Position numbers and translations under genes: made by a program. This document shows, one piece after another, positions 38,040-51,943 of a DNA stretch of 64,000 nucleotides. The DNA is from Camelus ferus (lineage: Eukaryota): the NCBI RefSeq assembly GCF_009834535.1, contig NC_045707.1, positions 46,378,001-46,442,000 of the forward strand, in the 5' to 3' direction. The notes below the pieces were generated by a model, which was not told the DNA's origin, searched no databases, and saw only the letters and a list, made by a program, of their open reading frames with translations. Numbering within the stretch: the stretch's first letter is position 1; each line of letters opens with the position of its first letter.

Positions 38040-41000
38040 GAAACATTGTGAAACCAGTATAAAGTATTCCCATATAATCTTCACCTAGATCCCCAAATAT
38101 TAACATTTTATATAACCATATTATACTAATCAAAACTAAGAAATTAACATTAATATAATCAGGAAACCAAATTAATGTTACTGTTATCTAACCTATAGAC
38201 TTTATTCAAATTTTACTAATTGTCCCACTGATGTTCTTTTTCTGGTCCAAGATCTAGTCCAGAATCACACATTGCCTTTACTTAGTCTTCTTTAATTTTG
38301 AATATATTAATTCTTCTGAAGAGTGCTAGCCATTTATTTTGTAGATTATCCCTCAACTTGAGTTTGTCTTTCTTTTTGTCCTTTCTGAAAATGTTTATTA
38401 TTTGAATCTAATTCTTTTTTTCTAATTGAGATATAGTAGACATACAATATTATATTAGTTTCTGGTGTGCAAAATAGTAATTCAACATTTGTATTACAAA
38501 ATGGTCACGATAAATAAGCCTTGCATTCTTTATGATTAAAGTCACGTATACATTTTTAGCAAAAACAACATCAAAGTCAAGGTCATATGTCCTTAGTGCA
38601 TCATATCAGGAGGTACATGGTTAACTCCACTTACTGGTGATGGTAACTTTGATCCCTTGGTTAAGGTGGTGTCTGCCAGATTTTTCCACCATAAAATGAC
38701 TGTTTTTTTCCTCTATCTTAAAGGGAGATACTTACAGACTGTGTAAATAGTCTCATCATTCTTTCTCCTGTATTTTTCCACTTATTTTAGCATCCTTTGG
38801 CCAAATCTGAGGCAACTTGAACAACAAAATAAACTATAATAAAAGATTATAAATAGAGTAAAATAAGAATCCATGCACCAAACTGATACAATATTTATTA
38901 GGGAAAGCTCTTTTCAGGAGAATTCCAACTGATAAATATAGAAGGAATAATGGAATTAGGAAAACATCATTTGGCAAACACTACAGTAATAAAAATTGTA
39001 GGCCTGATGTTGAAATTTTTCAAAGGTTTTTCAGATCTGCAGATAACCGTGGTCCCCCCATTAATATAGTGTATTAATAAATTTCCTAACATTGAACCAA
39101 CCTTAATTTCTGAAACAGCTATCTGTTTCTTCTATAGAAATCAGCCTGTTTAAGCTCTCTAGTTCTGTTGGGATCAATTTTGATAATCTGTGTTTTCATA
39201 GAAATTATTCATTTCATCTGTGCTTTCAAATTTATTTGTGTACAGGTCTGCAAAATTGTTTTATTTTTAAATTTCTTCTATATCAGTGCTTACTTTTTCC
39301 TTGGTCATTTCTTATTTTGTCTATGTGCTTTCTTCCTCTCTTTCTATTTCTTAATCAAGTCAGTAGTGGTTTATTTTTTTATTGGGGTAAAAAATATTTA
39401 TATACACAGAAAATTTACTGTTTTAATCATTTTTAAACAAATAGTTCAGTGTTTTTTTAAACTAGGTTTTTGATATATTGAATTTATTTCTGTTCTACCT
39501 CATTGATTTCTGCTTTACTCTTCTTTCTGTGTTTTACCATTAAAATTTTTTTATTTTATTGGCATTTAATATACATAAAATAAAATTATTCATTAAATAA
39601 TGTGAAGATCGATGAACTTTGGTAATTGTATATAGTTGCATACTCATAACCACAGTGAAAGCCTAGACAGTTCCATCATGCTAACAGGTTCCCCATGGCT
39701 CTCTGCAGTTGATCTCTTCCCTGATCCCCAGCCTTAGGCAACTCCTGATTTGTCCATGTTATTGCTTGTATCAGTAGTTCATTCCCTTTTATTGCTGATT
39801 AATATTCCATTGTATGGATATATAGCAGTTTCGTTTATTCATTCCCTTTTTGATGAACAGATATTTGGGTTGTTATTAGTTTGGGGCTGTTATGAATAGT
39901 GCTCCTATGAACATCTATATATAAGTCTTTGTATGCACATTTTTACTTCTCTTGGTTACATGTTTGGGAAATGAGATTGTTGAGTCGTACGCAAATGTAT
40001 ATTTAATTTTATAACATACAGCAATACTGTTTCCAAATGACTGTGGAAGTTTTCATTCCCAGCAGCAGTATTTGAGTTCCATTTGTTTCACACATCCTGC
40101 TGACACTTGTTATTGTCAATCTTTTTAACTTAATAATTGTAATCGTGTCAACTGCCATCTTAATTTGATTTTCCCTCATGGCTAGTAAAGTTTAGCATCT
40201 TTCAATGTGCTTATAGGCAGCTTCACTTTTGTGAAGCATCTGTTCAAATATTTTGGCCATTTTTAAAATTGGGAAACTACTGAGTTTTAACAGCTCTTTA
40301 TGTTCTGCACACAAGCCCTTTGTGAGATACATGTTTTTCAGACATTTTCTTCCAGTCTGTGGTTTGCTTTCTTACTTATTTTAATTGTCTTTTGAAAGCA
40401 GATTTTTTATTTTTATGAAATCCATTTTGTTAATTTTTTTTTTTTTTAGTTTATGTTTTGTGTTCTATTTAAGAAATCTTTGCCTAATTCTGTGTCACAA
40501 ATATTTCTCTTATGGTATTCTTCTCAAAGATTAATTTTTGGTTCTTACATTTAGGTTTTGTGATCTAGTTCATGTTAATTTTTATATGGTGTGAGGTGAT
40601 GGTAGACATTCATTTTTTGTTTCCATGTAGGCATCAGTTGTTCAGGCACCATTTGTTGAAAACTGTCTTTTCCCCTTTTGAATTATTTTGGTACCTTGTT
40701 GAAAATCAGTTGACTATATATGTGCATGTCTCTTTCTGGACTCTGTTCCATTCCATTGGTCTGTATGTTTGTCTTGACACCAATATCACACTCTCTTGAC
40801 TACTGTAGCTTCATAGTTAAGTTTGATTCAAACAGTGCAAGTCTTCTACTTTGTTCTTTTTTGTCGAGATTATTTTGACTCTTCTAGGTCATTTGCCTTT
40901 ACACATAAATTTTAAAATCAGGTTATCACCATTTTCAAAAAGACTTGTTAAGATTTTGATTGGGATTGCACTGAATCTGAATTTGAGAAGAGTTGTCATC

Positions 41001-41330
41001 TCAACAATATTGTCTATCCAGTCCATGAATATGGTATATCTCTTCATTTATTTATGTCATCTTTAGTTTCTGTCATCAAAGTTTTGTAGTGTTCATTGTA
41101 TATGTCCTGTTCTTCTTGTGTTATATTTTATTTCTAAGCATTTTGTGTGATTATAAATGGAGGTTTTTTTAAATTTCACTTTCTAGTTGTTTATTGGTAG
41201 CATATACAAATATAGTTGACTTTTACATATTGATCTTGAATCTTTTGACCTTACTGAAGTCGTGTATCTTCTAGGTGCCTTGTGGATTCTTAGTTTTCTA
41301 AGATCATGTTGTATATACATTCTGCTTTCT
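38040..41330 (-). mobile_element. Cluster of old L1 fragments, mostly antisense (main piece about 39550-41330)
   Basis: attccattgtatggatatat..., caggcaccatttgttgaaaa, ttgattgggattgcactgaatctg are antisense L1 3'UTR/ORF2 motifs; a sense L1MC-like 3'UTR piece lies near 38800-39000. Confidence 0.8.
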
Positions 41331-41535
41331 TCTAGTTTATTTGTTCATTTTTGAGTTATTTTTTGAATTGGGAATTTAATTCAGCTAATGTTCATTCTTT
41401 CATCTTTATTGGTAAAAGTGTTATGCTGAGAATTTTCTTATTACCGCTTTAAGTGTATTCTATAGATTATAATACATAGTGTTTTAATAGAAGATGTATT
41501 GATAGAAAGTGTAATTGTTTAATAGTAGGTCAAAC

Positions 41536-41886
41536 TAATAGTTTGCTGAAGCTGCCATAATAAAATACCATAGACAGGATAGTTTAAACAATAGAAATTT
41601 ATTTTCTTACAGTTCTGGAAGGTGGAAGTCAGAAATCTCAGTGTTAGTAGATTTGGTTTCCCTTGAGGCCTCTCTCCTTGGTTTGGCCTTCTTACTGTGT
41701 CCTCACAGGGCCTTTCCTCTGTGCGTGTGTATCCCTGGTATCTCTTCTTTTATAAGGACACCAGTTGTAGGATTAGGACCCACCTATAAAACCTCATTTA
41801 ACCTTTGTTACCGCTTTAAAGGCCCTGTCTCCAAATACAGTTAGTTACATATGGGGGTTAGGACTTAAACAGTTCAGTCCATAGCA
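41536..41886 (-). mobile_element. MaLR solo LTR (MLT1A-like)
   Basis: tagtttgctgaagctgccataataaaataccatagac...aaacctcatttaacctt...ttcagtccatagca. Confidence 0.88.
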
Positions 41887-42036
41887 GGTTTTTTAATTTC
41901 CAGGTGGTAGGGTTTTTTGGCTTTTTAAAAAATTTTGTTGTTAATTTCTAGTTTTATTGCATTGTGATCAAGGAGTATTGCTTCTTTATTTCCACTTTAT
42001 GGAACACACTAATACTTCCTTTGTGACCTAATATAT

Positions 42037-42199
42037 CAAGGCCAGGACCAGGGTAAAGCAAATGAGGCACCCAAGGTGCAAAATTTAAGGAGATACTCAC
42101 ACTTATGTGTCAACAATGGACTTGCAGGAACCCTGTAGTGAGTCTCCTTTAGTTTTTCACCTTGGCCAGCTCACTTGCCTCACCCCTGTCTCAGTCCTC
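42037..42199. mobile_element. MER96-like palindromic hAT MITE
   Basis: caaggccaggaccagggtaaagcaaatgaggcac...aaaatttaaggag pairs with ctcctttagttttt...ctcacttgcctcacccctgtctcagtcct. Confidence 0.75.
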
Positions 42200-44599
42200 C
42201 AAAAACATGATTAATATTTGTGGGTGTTACATAAGGACTAGAAAAGAAAGTGCTCCATATAAAAGTATAAATTTGATATATACATCCTTAAGATCTACCT
42301 TTATTAATAACTATGATATTTAGGTCTTTTGTGTACTTTATTTTTTGTCCGCTTGGTTTGTCTTATACAAAGAGTGATATATTAAAGTCTCCTGTTATTA
42401 TTTTAATGTGTTTCTATCTATGACTACTTCTCTATGTATAGCATATAGTTGGGTCTTGCTTTGGATCCAAATCAGAGATCTTTTTGTTTTGATGGAGGAG
42501 TTAAGTCTGTTCACATGCAGTGAGCTCATGCTTACTGCAGAGATTTCTGGGCAGGAACATGAGAGGTCACTTGCTAGGATTTAGAATTATTTTCCTCTTT
42601 TTATTTACAGATGTTTTGAAGTTTGGGTATTTTCTGTCTTCCAGTTTTGTGAAGGTTGTGGTTTTGCATGGCTTTATTGGATCTTATTTTCTGTATTGTT
42701 TTGCAGGACTTATATAACACAGAACAAGACATTTGCTGTTATCTTGATAAGTCCCCATATCTGCTTTTTTAAATTCTAAAATGTTAACAACTTCCTAATT
42801 ATATAAAGTTGAGAAATTTTTAAAATCAGTTTCATTAAGCTGTAGGTTGTATGACAAGGTTTTTGATTTTCATTACTGAGGAAAGAATCACCTTATGCAG
42901 ATACATATATATTATTTACAAATGTCAAGTTTTATGAGCTATTAATTTAAATGTTAGCTACTACAATTCTAGAATCATAAATCTGTTACGGATTTTGAGA
43001 GCCAGTCTTGTCTTACTCTTTGCTTTTGGGTGGGTACATTTTTTAACTGTTCAGGACAGGTTAGGTCTTTTTTTTTGTTTTTGTTTTTCTTGTTTTTAAA
43101 TCTCTCCTTAACAGTCTCCAGAAAGGAGAGACCCACTCCCAAGAACCCTACTCTAATGTTTTATCCTATTATGGTCTCACAGTTTGGCCTTAGAATCTTT
43201 TCTGTTAGAATTTAAGCCTGTTTTTCCTGGTTTGGGCTTCTGTTGCCATAGTGATAAAATGTTCAGCAATCATTACTTGAAGACAATAATGAACTTGACC
43301 CTTAGATTTTTGTTGTTGTTGTTGTTTCTGTATAGAACAGCTGTCATTCCTTTAGCTTTTTAAAAATATGTATAATTTTCTATTCCACTAGTCATTTTGA
43401 TAATTTTTTTGATTGTTCTTCAGTTTCTCCCAGACCGTTTATAATGTGTAATTGACCCCCAACTTATTTTAAAATAAGGACATAGCAACCAACATGAAAT
43501 AGAGCAGAAGGAGTAATCTGCAAAATTTGTATTTTTTTTTTTTAATGGTCTACAATTTTGGTTGTTTTTCCCTGGCAGTTCTGATTTTCTGATTTATAAG
43601 TCTAGCTACATCAACTAGGTCTGTTTTGATCAGTTAATAAAATAATTACAATTACAGCTTACTTTATTTAGAATTTGTGATAGGAAGAAAGAGACTACCT
43701 TTGGAAAAAAAGGTTTTGCTAAGGATGTGAAAAGTCTAAAGCATAAAAAGCAGAAGTGTCCATTTATTTACAAACAACAGGTATCTGTGATAAGTAGAAT
43801 TAATCACTGCTTTGGCAGATATTTTAAATTATTAAGGGACTTTATTGACTGACATAAATTGTTGAAAGGACAGGATCATGCTGATCTCATGGACACCTGG
43901 ATCTAGGAACTCAAATGTGTCAGATGAGAGCTTCTTCCCTCCTTTCATCTACCTCCTGTCTTCTAACTCCTGTGTCTGCTTCTCTCCTACTGCTTTCTCT
44001 GTGAGGACATGACTGTATTTTGAGATCAAAGAAGGCAGTTCTTACTTGATGATTCAGGTTAGAAAAATCTGGAAAAGGCCCATCACTATGGCCAGGGGGA
44101 TAGGGCACTCAGACCCTGCCCAAGTTTTATGCCTATTCTGAGTGACAGAAGGGGGTTGGGGACGGGAGGCGGGTAGAGTGAAGTTTGTTATCATTAGTGA
44201 GGAGAGGTTGGAGAAATAACAGCAATAACTAAGTAAGGGAAAGGGAACTTGATCATTCCAGATTTTGCTTTCTTTAAAGCTAGACTTCTGTTTTCCATTT
44301 GTGGTTTTTTACCTCTTTTCTTAAGGTTTCTAGAAACTTTTTTTTTAAAGTACGTGTTACTTAATATATCCTCCTTTCTACTTATACTCCATTTCGAGAT
44401 GAATTACCTGTTGTATATCATCTTAGTAGGAAGCAAGGAGATTTATACATGGCCAGCTGAACAAGTTCTTTTACAGAATTTGAACTGCAAAGTAAGTGAT
44501 GGAAAAATATGTGGCAGCATTAGACAGACCAGACGGTTCGTGTGGCATGTCCTCGTCTGTGATTCTGGTCAATTATTCTAGCCTGGTTCTGGTTCTGTA

Positions 44600-44635
44600 G
44601 TTCCATTGAGTCACTGAGTTCCGTTGAGTCACTGA
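44600..44635. repeat. 2 x 18-bp tandem duplication
   Basis: gttccattgagtcactga / gttccgttgagtcactga. Confidence 0.9.
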
Positions 44636-44864
44636 GTCTCTTATATCTGCCCAGGAATGTTCCTTTTTGTTAACCATGCTAGAGTCAAATTTTCATCACT
44701 CAGAGCAAGACCCTTGCTTTCAGTGGTTTGGTCCAAGAAGAGCTGCTCTCGAGAAACTTGTTCTAAGGATCTGTGACAGTGGAGAAATAGCAAATACAAC
44801 TTCTCTTGCTTGCCCTGTATTGCTTTCCCTTGATAATGGAGACTGACATCAAGTGAAGACAAGC

Positions 44865-45080
44865 TGGTGCCTAATATATTACTAGCCACATATAGCTATT
44901 TAAGTTTAATTTTAAATTAGTTAAAATTTAAAAAAAAAATTGAAAGTGCAGTTCCTCAGTCACACTAGTCACATTTCAAATATGCAGTAGCCAGATGTGG
45001 CTAGTAGCTATCATATTGGATGATGCAAATTTCAGAACATTTCCATCATAAAAGAAAGGTCAGTCAGTATTGTTGGACTG
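44865..45080. mobile_element. MER3/MER33-like hAT-Charlie element
   Basis: cagttcctcagtcacactagtcacatttcaaa...gccagatgtggctagtagctatcatattgga...gaacatttccatcat. Confidence 0.8.
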
Positions 45081-46311
45081 TGAATTCCTTAAATATAAGA
45101 ATTCTGTCTGTTATTCTCTGGTGTGTATGCAACACTTTGGATTTGGCTCAGCATTTGTTAGGTACTCAGTAAATATTTGTGGATTGTTGGAATGACACAT
45201 CAGCTGCCTGCCACAGAAAACCTAGGCAATAATCAGCGTAATTAGCTACTCTGTACTTTGAAGAGAACTTGGAACAGCTCCTTCTCACTGTTATTCCAAA
45301 TGTTTCCCTTTGAACTTTTCCACAGCTGCATACTCTGTTGTACCTTGGCCCTCTGGTCTACCTACCAAATACACTTCCATTTTTTCCATAATTTCTTTTA
45401 AAATATGAAGTACTTGACTTCATAGTCTCTTGTTCCCCAACTTACCCTTTACCTTTTGATTTCTCCCTGCCAACAATCCAGTAAAGCTCTGCTTTTAACA
45501 ATTTTTGCTATAGCTTCTGAAGTCTCTGTTCCATTACCTGTTTTGCAGTCTCCACATTTTTTTAAACATGTCATGGATTCTCTGTCCTGATGGCATTATT
45601 ACCTGGCAGCCTTTTTAAGTGGAAATCATTCTTCCTTCCTCTCTTCTGCAACTAGGGACCACGAAGAGACATCAGTGCTTGTGAACTGACTCTTGCTTCC
45701 AGACCATTGTTTGACTAACTTTGGTTAAAATGGCTTTTCCTTTGATACTCCTTGCATAAATCTTACCCCTATCTTTTTCTCTCCAATTAGTGACCTACAG
45801 GATACTCCCCTGTACTCACCGAGAACCTTGACGTCTGGCTCAGTTATTTTTCTATTTTCTATCCTTTACCATCGTTCTTATTGACTACAATATTCATATT
45901 ATTGGCTCATCTAACACCTTAGCCTTTTTTTATTTTATCTTCATTCTGGCAGTCTTCATTTTTATTCTACTCTAACAGCCCCTACGCTTAGCCATGTTTT
46001 GGACCTTGTCATCTCTTAGAGCCAGTCCTTCCAAAGACGTTCCATTTCCCCCTCACTCTTTTCTATTCCATTCTCATTGAAGATAATGAAACTGGTAGTT
46101 TTTGTACTTTATTTTTTTATTCTTCCAGTCTCTTAGCCTGCGTCCCATGCCTCCCACTCAGCTGGGAAACTGTGTACACTGTTCTCCTGTGTGCTCATTT
46201 GTCCTTGAGCAAAGGGTGCTGGATATGAATTCTTTCAACTTCCTACTCTCTGAGAATTCTATATGTTTATTCATTCTCTCCTCCCTTTCTATTTTAATTA
46301 AGATTCTTTTC

Positions 46312-46427
46312 AAAAAATATGACAATGAATATATATATATGTTCATGTATAACTGAAAAATTGTGCTGTACACTGGAATTTGACACAATATTGTAAAATG
46401 ATTATATATCAATAAAAATGTTAAAAA
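46312..46427 (+). mobile_element. Young L1 3'-tail insertion with 12-bp TSD
   Basis: TSD aagattcttttc at 46300-46311 and 46428-46439, TT|AAGA endonuclease-like site, aataaa plus A tail. Confidence 0.88.
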
Positions 46428-46700
46428 AAGATTCTTTTCTCCCTTTACTTCCAAAGTAAACAGTGCTTTTAATCCCCCCTCCTTTGTTTCCTCTAGAGTC
46501 TTCATCAGTTAGCCTCCTCTTCACCTCTACCTTTAATTTCTCTGCCTCAGATTCTTATTTTGCCATCAAGTTCCAGTTTAAATTGCATTTCTCTTATGTA
46601 GCCTTTACTCGTGTCTTAATGAAAATTAATTGCACTTTCTTCTGTACTTCGTACTTACTTTCTTTTGACTTGTGACATCTTGAATATTCAAAACCTTCTA

Positions 46701-46834
46701 GGGGGTAGGGTATAGCTCAGTAGTAGAGTGCATGCCTAACATGCGTAAGGCCCTGGGTTCAATCCCCAGTACCTCCATCAAAGATAAATAAATAAAAAAC
46801 CTAATTACCCCCCCAAAAACAAACAAACAAACAA
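46701..46834 (+). mobile_element. tRNA-derived SINE (camelid-type) with 11-bp TSD
   Basis: A-box-like tagctcagtagtag, B-box-like ggttcaatccc, (aaac)n tail; TSD aaaaccttcta at 46690-46700 and 46835-46845. Confidence 0.92.
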
Positions 46835-48276
46835 AAAACCTTCTAATTAAAAGATACTGTACTTTATTCCTAAATCTTCAGCACTGTCTTTTGAAGTATT
46901 ATCTATTTGTTTTGAACTCTTTTGTTATTGAAATTTAAGACCATTGAACTTACTCCCAAACCCTGATCATCCCTGTTAAGGTTACTTTTTATTTGTTAAA
47001 TTTAATTATCATTTAGAATCCTAACTGAAAAGATCTTATATCACGGACTAATTTTCTCCTTAAAAAAAGCAAAAATCTCTTATCAGTTATGGATATTTAA
47101 GGGAGAAATGGACAGAAAGTTTGAGACAGTTAATAGTATAGCTAGAGTGATGAAATAAGAGTGTGACTGATACTGTCATAGGAGTAAGGAAGACAGGACT
47201 GGCCCTCTTTCTTCAGCTCCGTTGATTCTGGCATTTGTATGTAAATGGAGCAATGGATTTTATGGTTTCTTCCATGTCAAATTGTCCCACCAATTTGCAC
47301 ATTTAAATGTCTAATCCAGGATTTGGGTTGGTTCATTCAGTCCATCGACAAATATTTATTGAATTCTTATTAGTGTTCCCAAGAAGCAGTTCTAATTGGC
47401 TTCAAAAGGCATGTTAATAGTGCTAAACTATAAGTAGTATGTGCCAAAGGAATCATATTTGAGGTAAGTGTTTGAAGGGTTTTTAGAAGGGAGAGGTTGA
47501 GGTCTTATCCTGCCAAACCTAATTAGTGTAAAATCTTTCTCATGAGGTTAGTCTCTTGGTCACCAGAGATTCGCTGCATTTTAAGGTTTTGACTGAATGT
47601 GTCATTCCTTTTGAAGAGGACACAAATTGTGAAAGTGTTTATTCATTTCAGGGATGAAAGTTCAGACTTTATAGAATACAGTGTGGTGTACAGTACTGGA
47701 TAGTTTTCTTTTAAATCCTGAACTTAAAATCAGTAAAACTGCAACATAATGAAGTGGGAGATGGAGATACTTACTTGGGATGGTGGGCATTAAGGATGCA
47801 TTTAGGAGCTCCATTACCTAGTGGAGTGAAAGTGAAGTAGCAGTGTATCTGAAACCATTCTGTCAATTGTGAACTACTGTACGGCTTGGAAAGGGCTTCT
47901 GAACTGGACTGCTCTCTCCTGCCTTACTGACACACTCGCCCACCAAAGGCCATTTGCTCATGCTGTTCCCTACGTTTGTCAAAAACCTACCTGTCAGATT
48001 TTTATCTGTGTATTTTCTCATCCTCCTAGATAGACTTGATTTCTCGTTTTCTCTAGGCCAGTAGTTTGTAGAGTTTTCCATGGCAGAAGCTTATTACATT
48101 TTTAATTATATGTGAACACAACTTAGTTACCTGAAATCAAAATCTTTGTTCTTAAATCTACCACTTTGCATAGCACAATGCCTGGTGTCAATGTGGGCAC
48201 TCAAGAAAATGTCTGATTCAGTGAAATATATGAACTATGAATTTTTAATAGTCTTTTGTTGGATTGTGATTTTTAG

Positions 48277-48352
48277 GTTAAAACTTCAACAACAAATTGT
48301 CGATATTGAAAATGCAGAGAAAGAAAAAATTGAAAGTTCTGACCTAAAAAAG
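48277..48352 (+). CDS. CEP83: CEP83 coding exon 10 (LKLQQQIVDIENAEKEKIESSDLKK)
   Basis: ttttag| acceptor, AAG|gtacta donor, 76 nt; ORF-track 48146..48364. Confidence 0.95.
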
Positions 48353-50173
48353 GTACTACTTTAGCAAACTATTTAGCATTTTTAAGAAATTGCTTCTTTA
48401 AACCTGTTCTGACTCTTTGTTGGAATTTCACATGTAACTATTCTGAAAATATCACTCTAGTTGATAACATATTGATAAGGTTGCTATGTAAAGATAAAAG
48501 TGTTTAAACCTTTTTAAGCTCTAGTTTATTAAACATCTTTTATTAACTGCTGTTTTTAATATATTTATATGCTGTGGTCCATGATGAATTTTTTTTAAAA
48601 TTATGGTTTAAAGGACAATATTCTGATATTCTGAGTTTAAAATGTGGATTAGAAAAATCATCCACATTTTAAGTTACATGTGTCATTGACTTGCAACTTT
48701 ACATTTCTTATTTCATGAGCTATTTTTTATTATATTCCTGTGAAAACTAAGAGTTGTATTTATGGAAGGAAATTCATATTTAATTAAAGTTGTTTGGGTT
48801 CAGAAAAGATTTACACGGGCAAAACAAATCATAAGGAGTGAAAATTCCACTTTTAGGATTTATGCTTGTGTGCTAGTGGCATTGTTTTATATACACAGTT
48901 ACGCCTCTGAGTCTTAACTAGGAGGGCACAGTGTTTGATACTCTGAGAGAAGTGATTTAGTTTCATTGGTGTGGGCTTTCTGTCATCCTATAGATATGGA
49001 GATGTATTAAACTCTTTTGAAAGTTGCTTATTCAGTCAGCTATAATACAGATTTAATATTTACAACTCCAGTTAAAAATATTGAATAGTTCTTCATGGAG
49101 AAATTCATTCTAAAGTAGAAATCTGAGACACACGATTTTACTTTATTCTTCTGACGGTTGCTCTTTGGACATAATACAGTCCTGTATGTGGCCTTGCTAC
49201 CATCGAAAGTAATGGAATTATTTCCCATTTACTGCATAAAGAATCTGATTTCTTTTGACTCTTGAGTCTCATAATGGGTTCTTTTGATCTGGAGACTCTT
49301 GGCTTTCAACTTCCAAACTTCTCACAGAGAATGGCTAAGAGAGGTAGAAGAAAGTAAAAGAAAAATGAGAGCTGTGTGTTAATTGGTAAAATGGTTTGTG
49401 CAGGAAGTAGGTGTACATTTGTCCCAAATGGAGATTATTTGGATGTACCTTAAGAAGCAATGAGAATCTCCTAGCCTATGAATTTGTAATTGGATAATCA
49501 GCTACTTTTCATAAGAAAAAGTACTCCCAGATAAAAGGTAAATTGGGATGGAGAAGCAGCCTGAGTGACATTCCTCGTTTGATAAATGGTTCTAGAGGCC
49601 AGGGAATCCTATTAGGTTTCAGAGCATCTTTCTTCTGCTCAACACTGGGTGTATAGAATGCTTTAAAACTATTTGAAAACAATGTGAGAGTGATCCTTCC
49701 TGTACTTATGATCCCTGACTGTTCAGGAAGCAGAACTCCTGGAAGGGTTGCTGGTCACAGATATGTGGGAGTGGGAGAATGAATTTTCTTAGCAGCTTTC
49801 TTGGCTGACCTGCTTTTAAAATTTCTGTTCTTTCCTAGGAGGCTAGAGGAAGTCCAATAGGAGACTTTCTCTAGTAGTTGGATTCTCTTTACTCACCTTC
49901 CCATTTCCAGTACCTCCTCCAGCCTGTTTTTTGGGGGAAGAAGAGAGAGGACTTAGTGGCAGACTGAGGAATAAGTTTCTTGATGGTCTCTGATTATATT
50001 AAGAAATGACTCTGATGCTGATGCTTTTTGTTACTTCATTTCAGGGTGTCCTCAGGGGCGCATCACTTGAGTGGGGCATTTGTGAGGGAAGATGCTTAGT
50101 GTCTGCTGTCTCTCTCGTACTCTGTTGTGTTTGTTTAGTGGCCTTATATTTCTCTTCTTTCTTCTCTTTTAAG

Positions 50174-50331
50174 CAAATCAGTAGTTTGCAGATCCAAGTG
50201 ACCTCACTTACACAGTCAGAGAATGAATTGCTGAATTCAAACCAAATACTGAAGGAAATGGTGGAGAGGTTAAAACAGGAATGCCGAAGTTTAAGAAGTC
50301 AAGCTGAAAAAGCTCAACTAGAAGTTGAAAA
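50174..50331 (+). CDS. CEP83: CEP83 coding exon 11 ([12 protein letters not shown]...AQLEVE-K)
   Basis: Long pyrimidine tract plus aag| acceptor; AA|gtagag donor fixed by the phase of the next exon; 158 nt. Confidence 0.93.
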
Positions 50332-51619
50332 GTAGAGTTTGCTTGTTTTTAACATACAAACTATTTTTTCTTTCTGTTATATTATCTATTTCTTAATTTC
50401 TGTTGTATATATTTCTTTTAATGATAATTCCACTGTTGAATGTATTTTATGGACTAAGTTATAAGTACCCCTTGACAGTGTACAATGGTCTTTGGTAATG
50501 TACTTTCTGTTTCTAGAGATGAGCTTTGTGGACATTTGAGTTTTTGTTTTTTAAGACATTTAGAGAATAAGACCTTTTAAAATTCTTCCTGACCAAGTAT
50601 TTTCAAAACCTTTAAAGAAACACTTCTTTGTTCATTAAGTAAATCAATATATTTCTTACTTCAAATACCTAAATTATTCTTCTCAATGCCAGAGAACAGA
50701 AAAAAATTTTTGATGTGCAAAACTTACTTCCTAGAATTAAAACTATAACCTTTTGGATTTTCCTTTTGAAAAGCTCATTCATTTGTTTATATTTTTTGGT
50801 CTTGAAATCTGTGAGTAGTAGACAGTTTAGTCAACTGGTAGGGAGATGATTTTGGTGATTAAGATCTTATATTCTCTGGAAAGTTTTGTTTAGATATGGT
50901 AGAAAACTACTATTTTGTATTTACTTTGTGACTATAACGTCATTATTATAAGTTTTTATTTGAATTTACAAAAAATTCTTTTCAGATTTTTTCTTCTGAA
51001 GGCTACTTTGCCACATAAAGTTTTTTTCCTTTAGTTTTTCTGTTATTTCATATTTTAAGGAAGGAAGGAAGGAAGCAAGATAATTGTCCATAATGTGTTG
51101 TGACTTACCACAGGGTCCAAATTATTTTGCTTATATTTTGCAAAAAATAAGAATTTGTATCTTGGGATTTTCAGTGTTTGACTGAATTATCCTTAAAAAT
51201 TCTAATCATAGTATACCTAGCAGATTTAACTAATTCATTATTGGTTTCTGAATGTTATTCATAGGATTATATAGCAGAAAATAGCTGGACTAGGGGGGTT
51301 CAATAGAATGTGATTTTGGTCCCAGCCAAGACCCTTAAAATCTGTATGACCTTAGGCATGTAATCTGACTCCTCAGGATCTGTATATCTCATTTGTACTT
51401 TCTGTAATAATGATACTAAAAATCATAACGCATACAGAAGAACTTTAGAAATGAAAGTTGTTATGATGTTATTATAAAATATCATTGATATGAATTTTAC
51501 CCTAGTCAAAAAACATACCACATTAAGATTTGATACTAGGGTTGATTTTTACATCTTTGTTTTTAATAGCTTGGTGGTATCATGTTTCAAAGCTGATTAT
51601 CAGTTGCCTTGCTGTAACC

Positions 51620-51805
51620 AAGTGTAAGTCTTTAAGCAAGTTAGTTAACTGCTCTAAGCCTCAGTTTTCCTCACCTGTAAAATGGAGTTGATAAAAGTAC
51701 TTAACTCAAGGGGTTATTTCAAAAGATAAATGATGTAGCACACATACTGTTCTAAGCACAGTCCTGGCTCATAAAAGACACTCAGTAATGGCAGTGTTAG
51801 CAAAT
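51620..51805 (+). mobile_element. MIR
   Basis: gcaagttagttaactgctctaagcctcagttttcctcacctgtaaaatggag. Confidence 0.85.
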
Positions 51806-51943
51806 ATGTGGCCGGCCATGAATGCCTGCAGTTAGACAATGAAGGATGTGGGGAAGTAGGTAATGAGATTGATTATACTTATGATAGTATCTCTTTAACT
51901 CTAAGAGTTAACTTCCCATGTTTTGCATACATTATTCTGACAG

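Noticed and set aside
46701..46775. tRNA gene
   Set aside because: The A-rich tail, TSD and a second copy at 6364 show it is a SINE.
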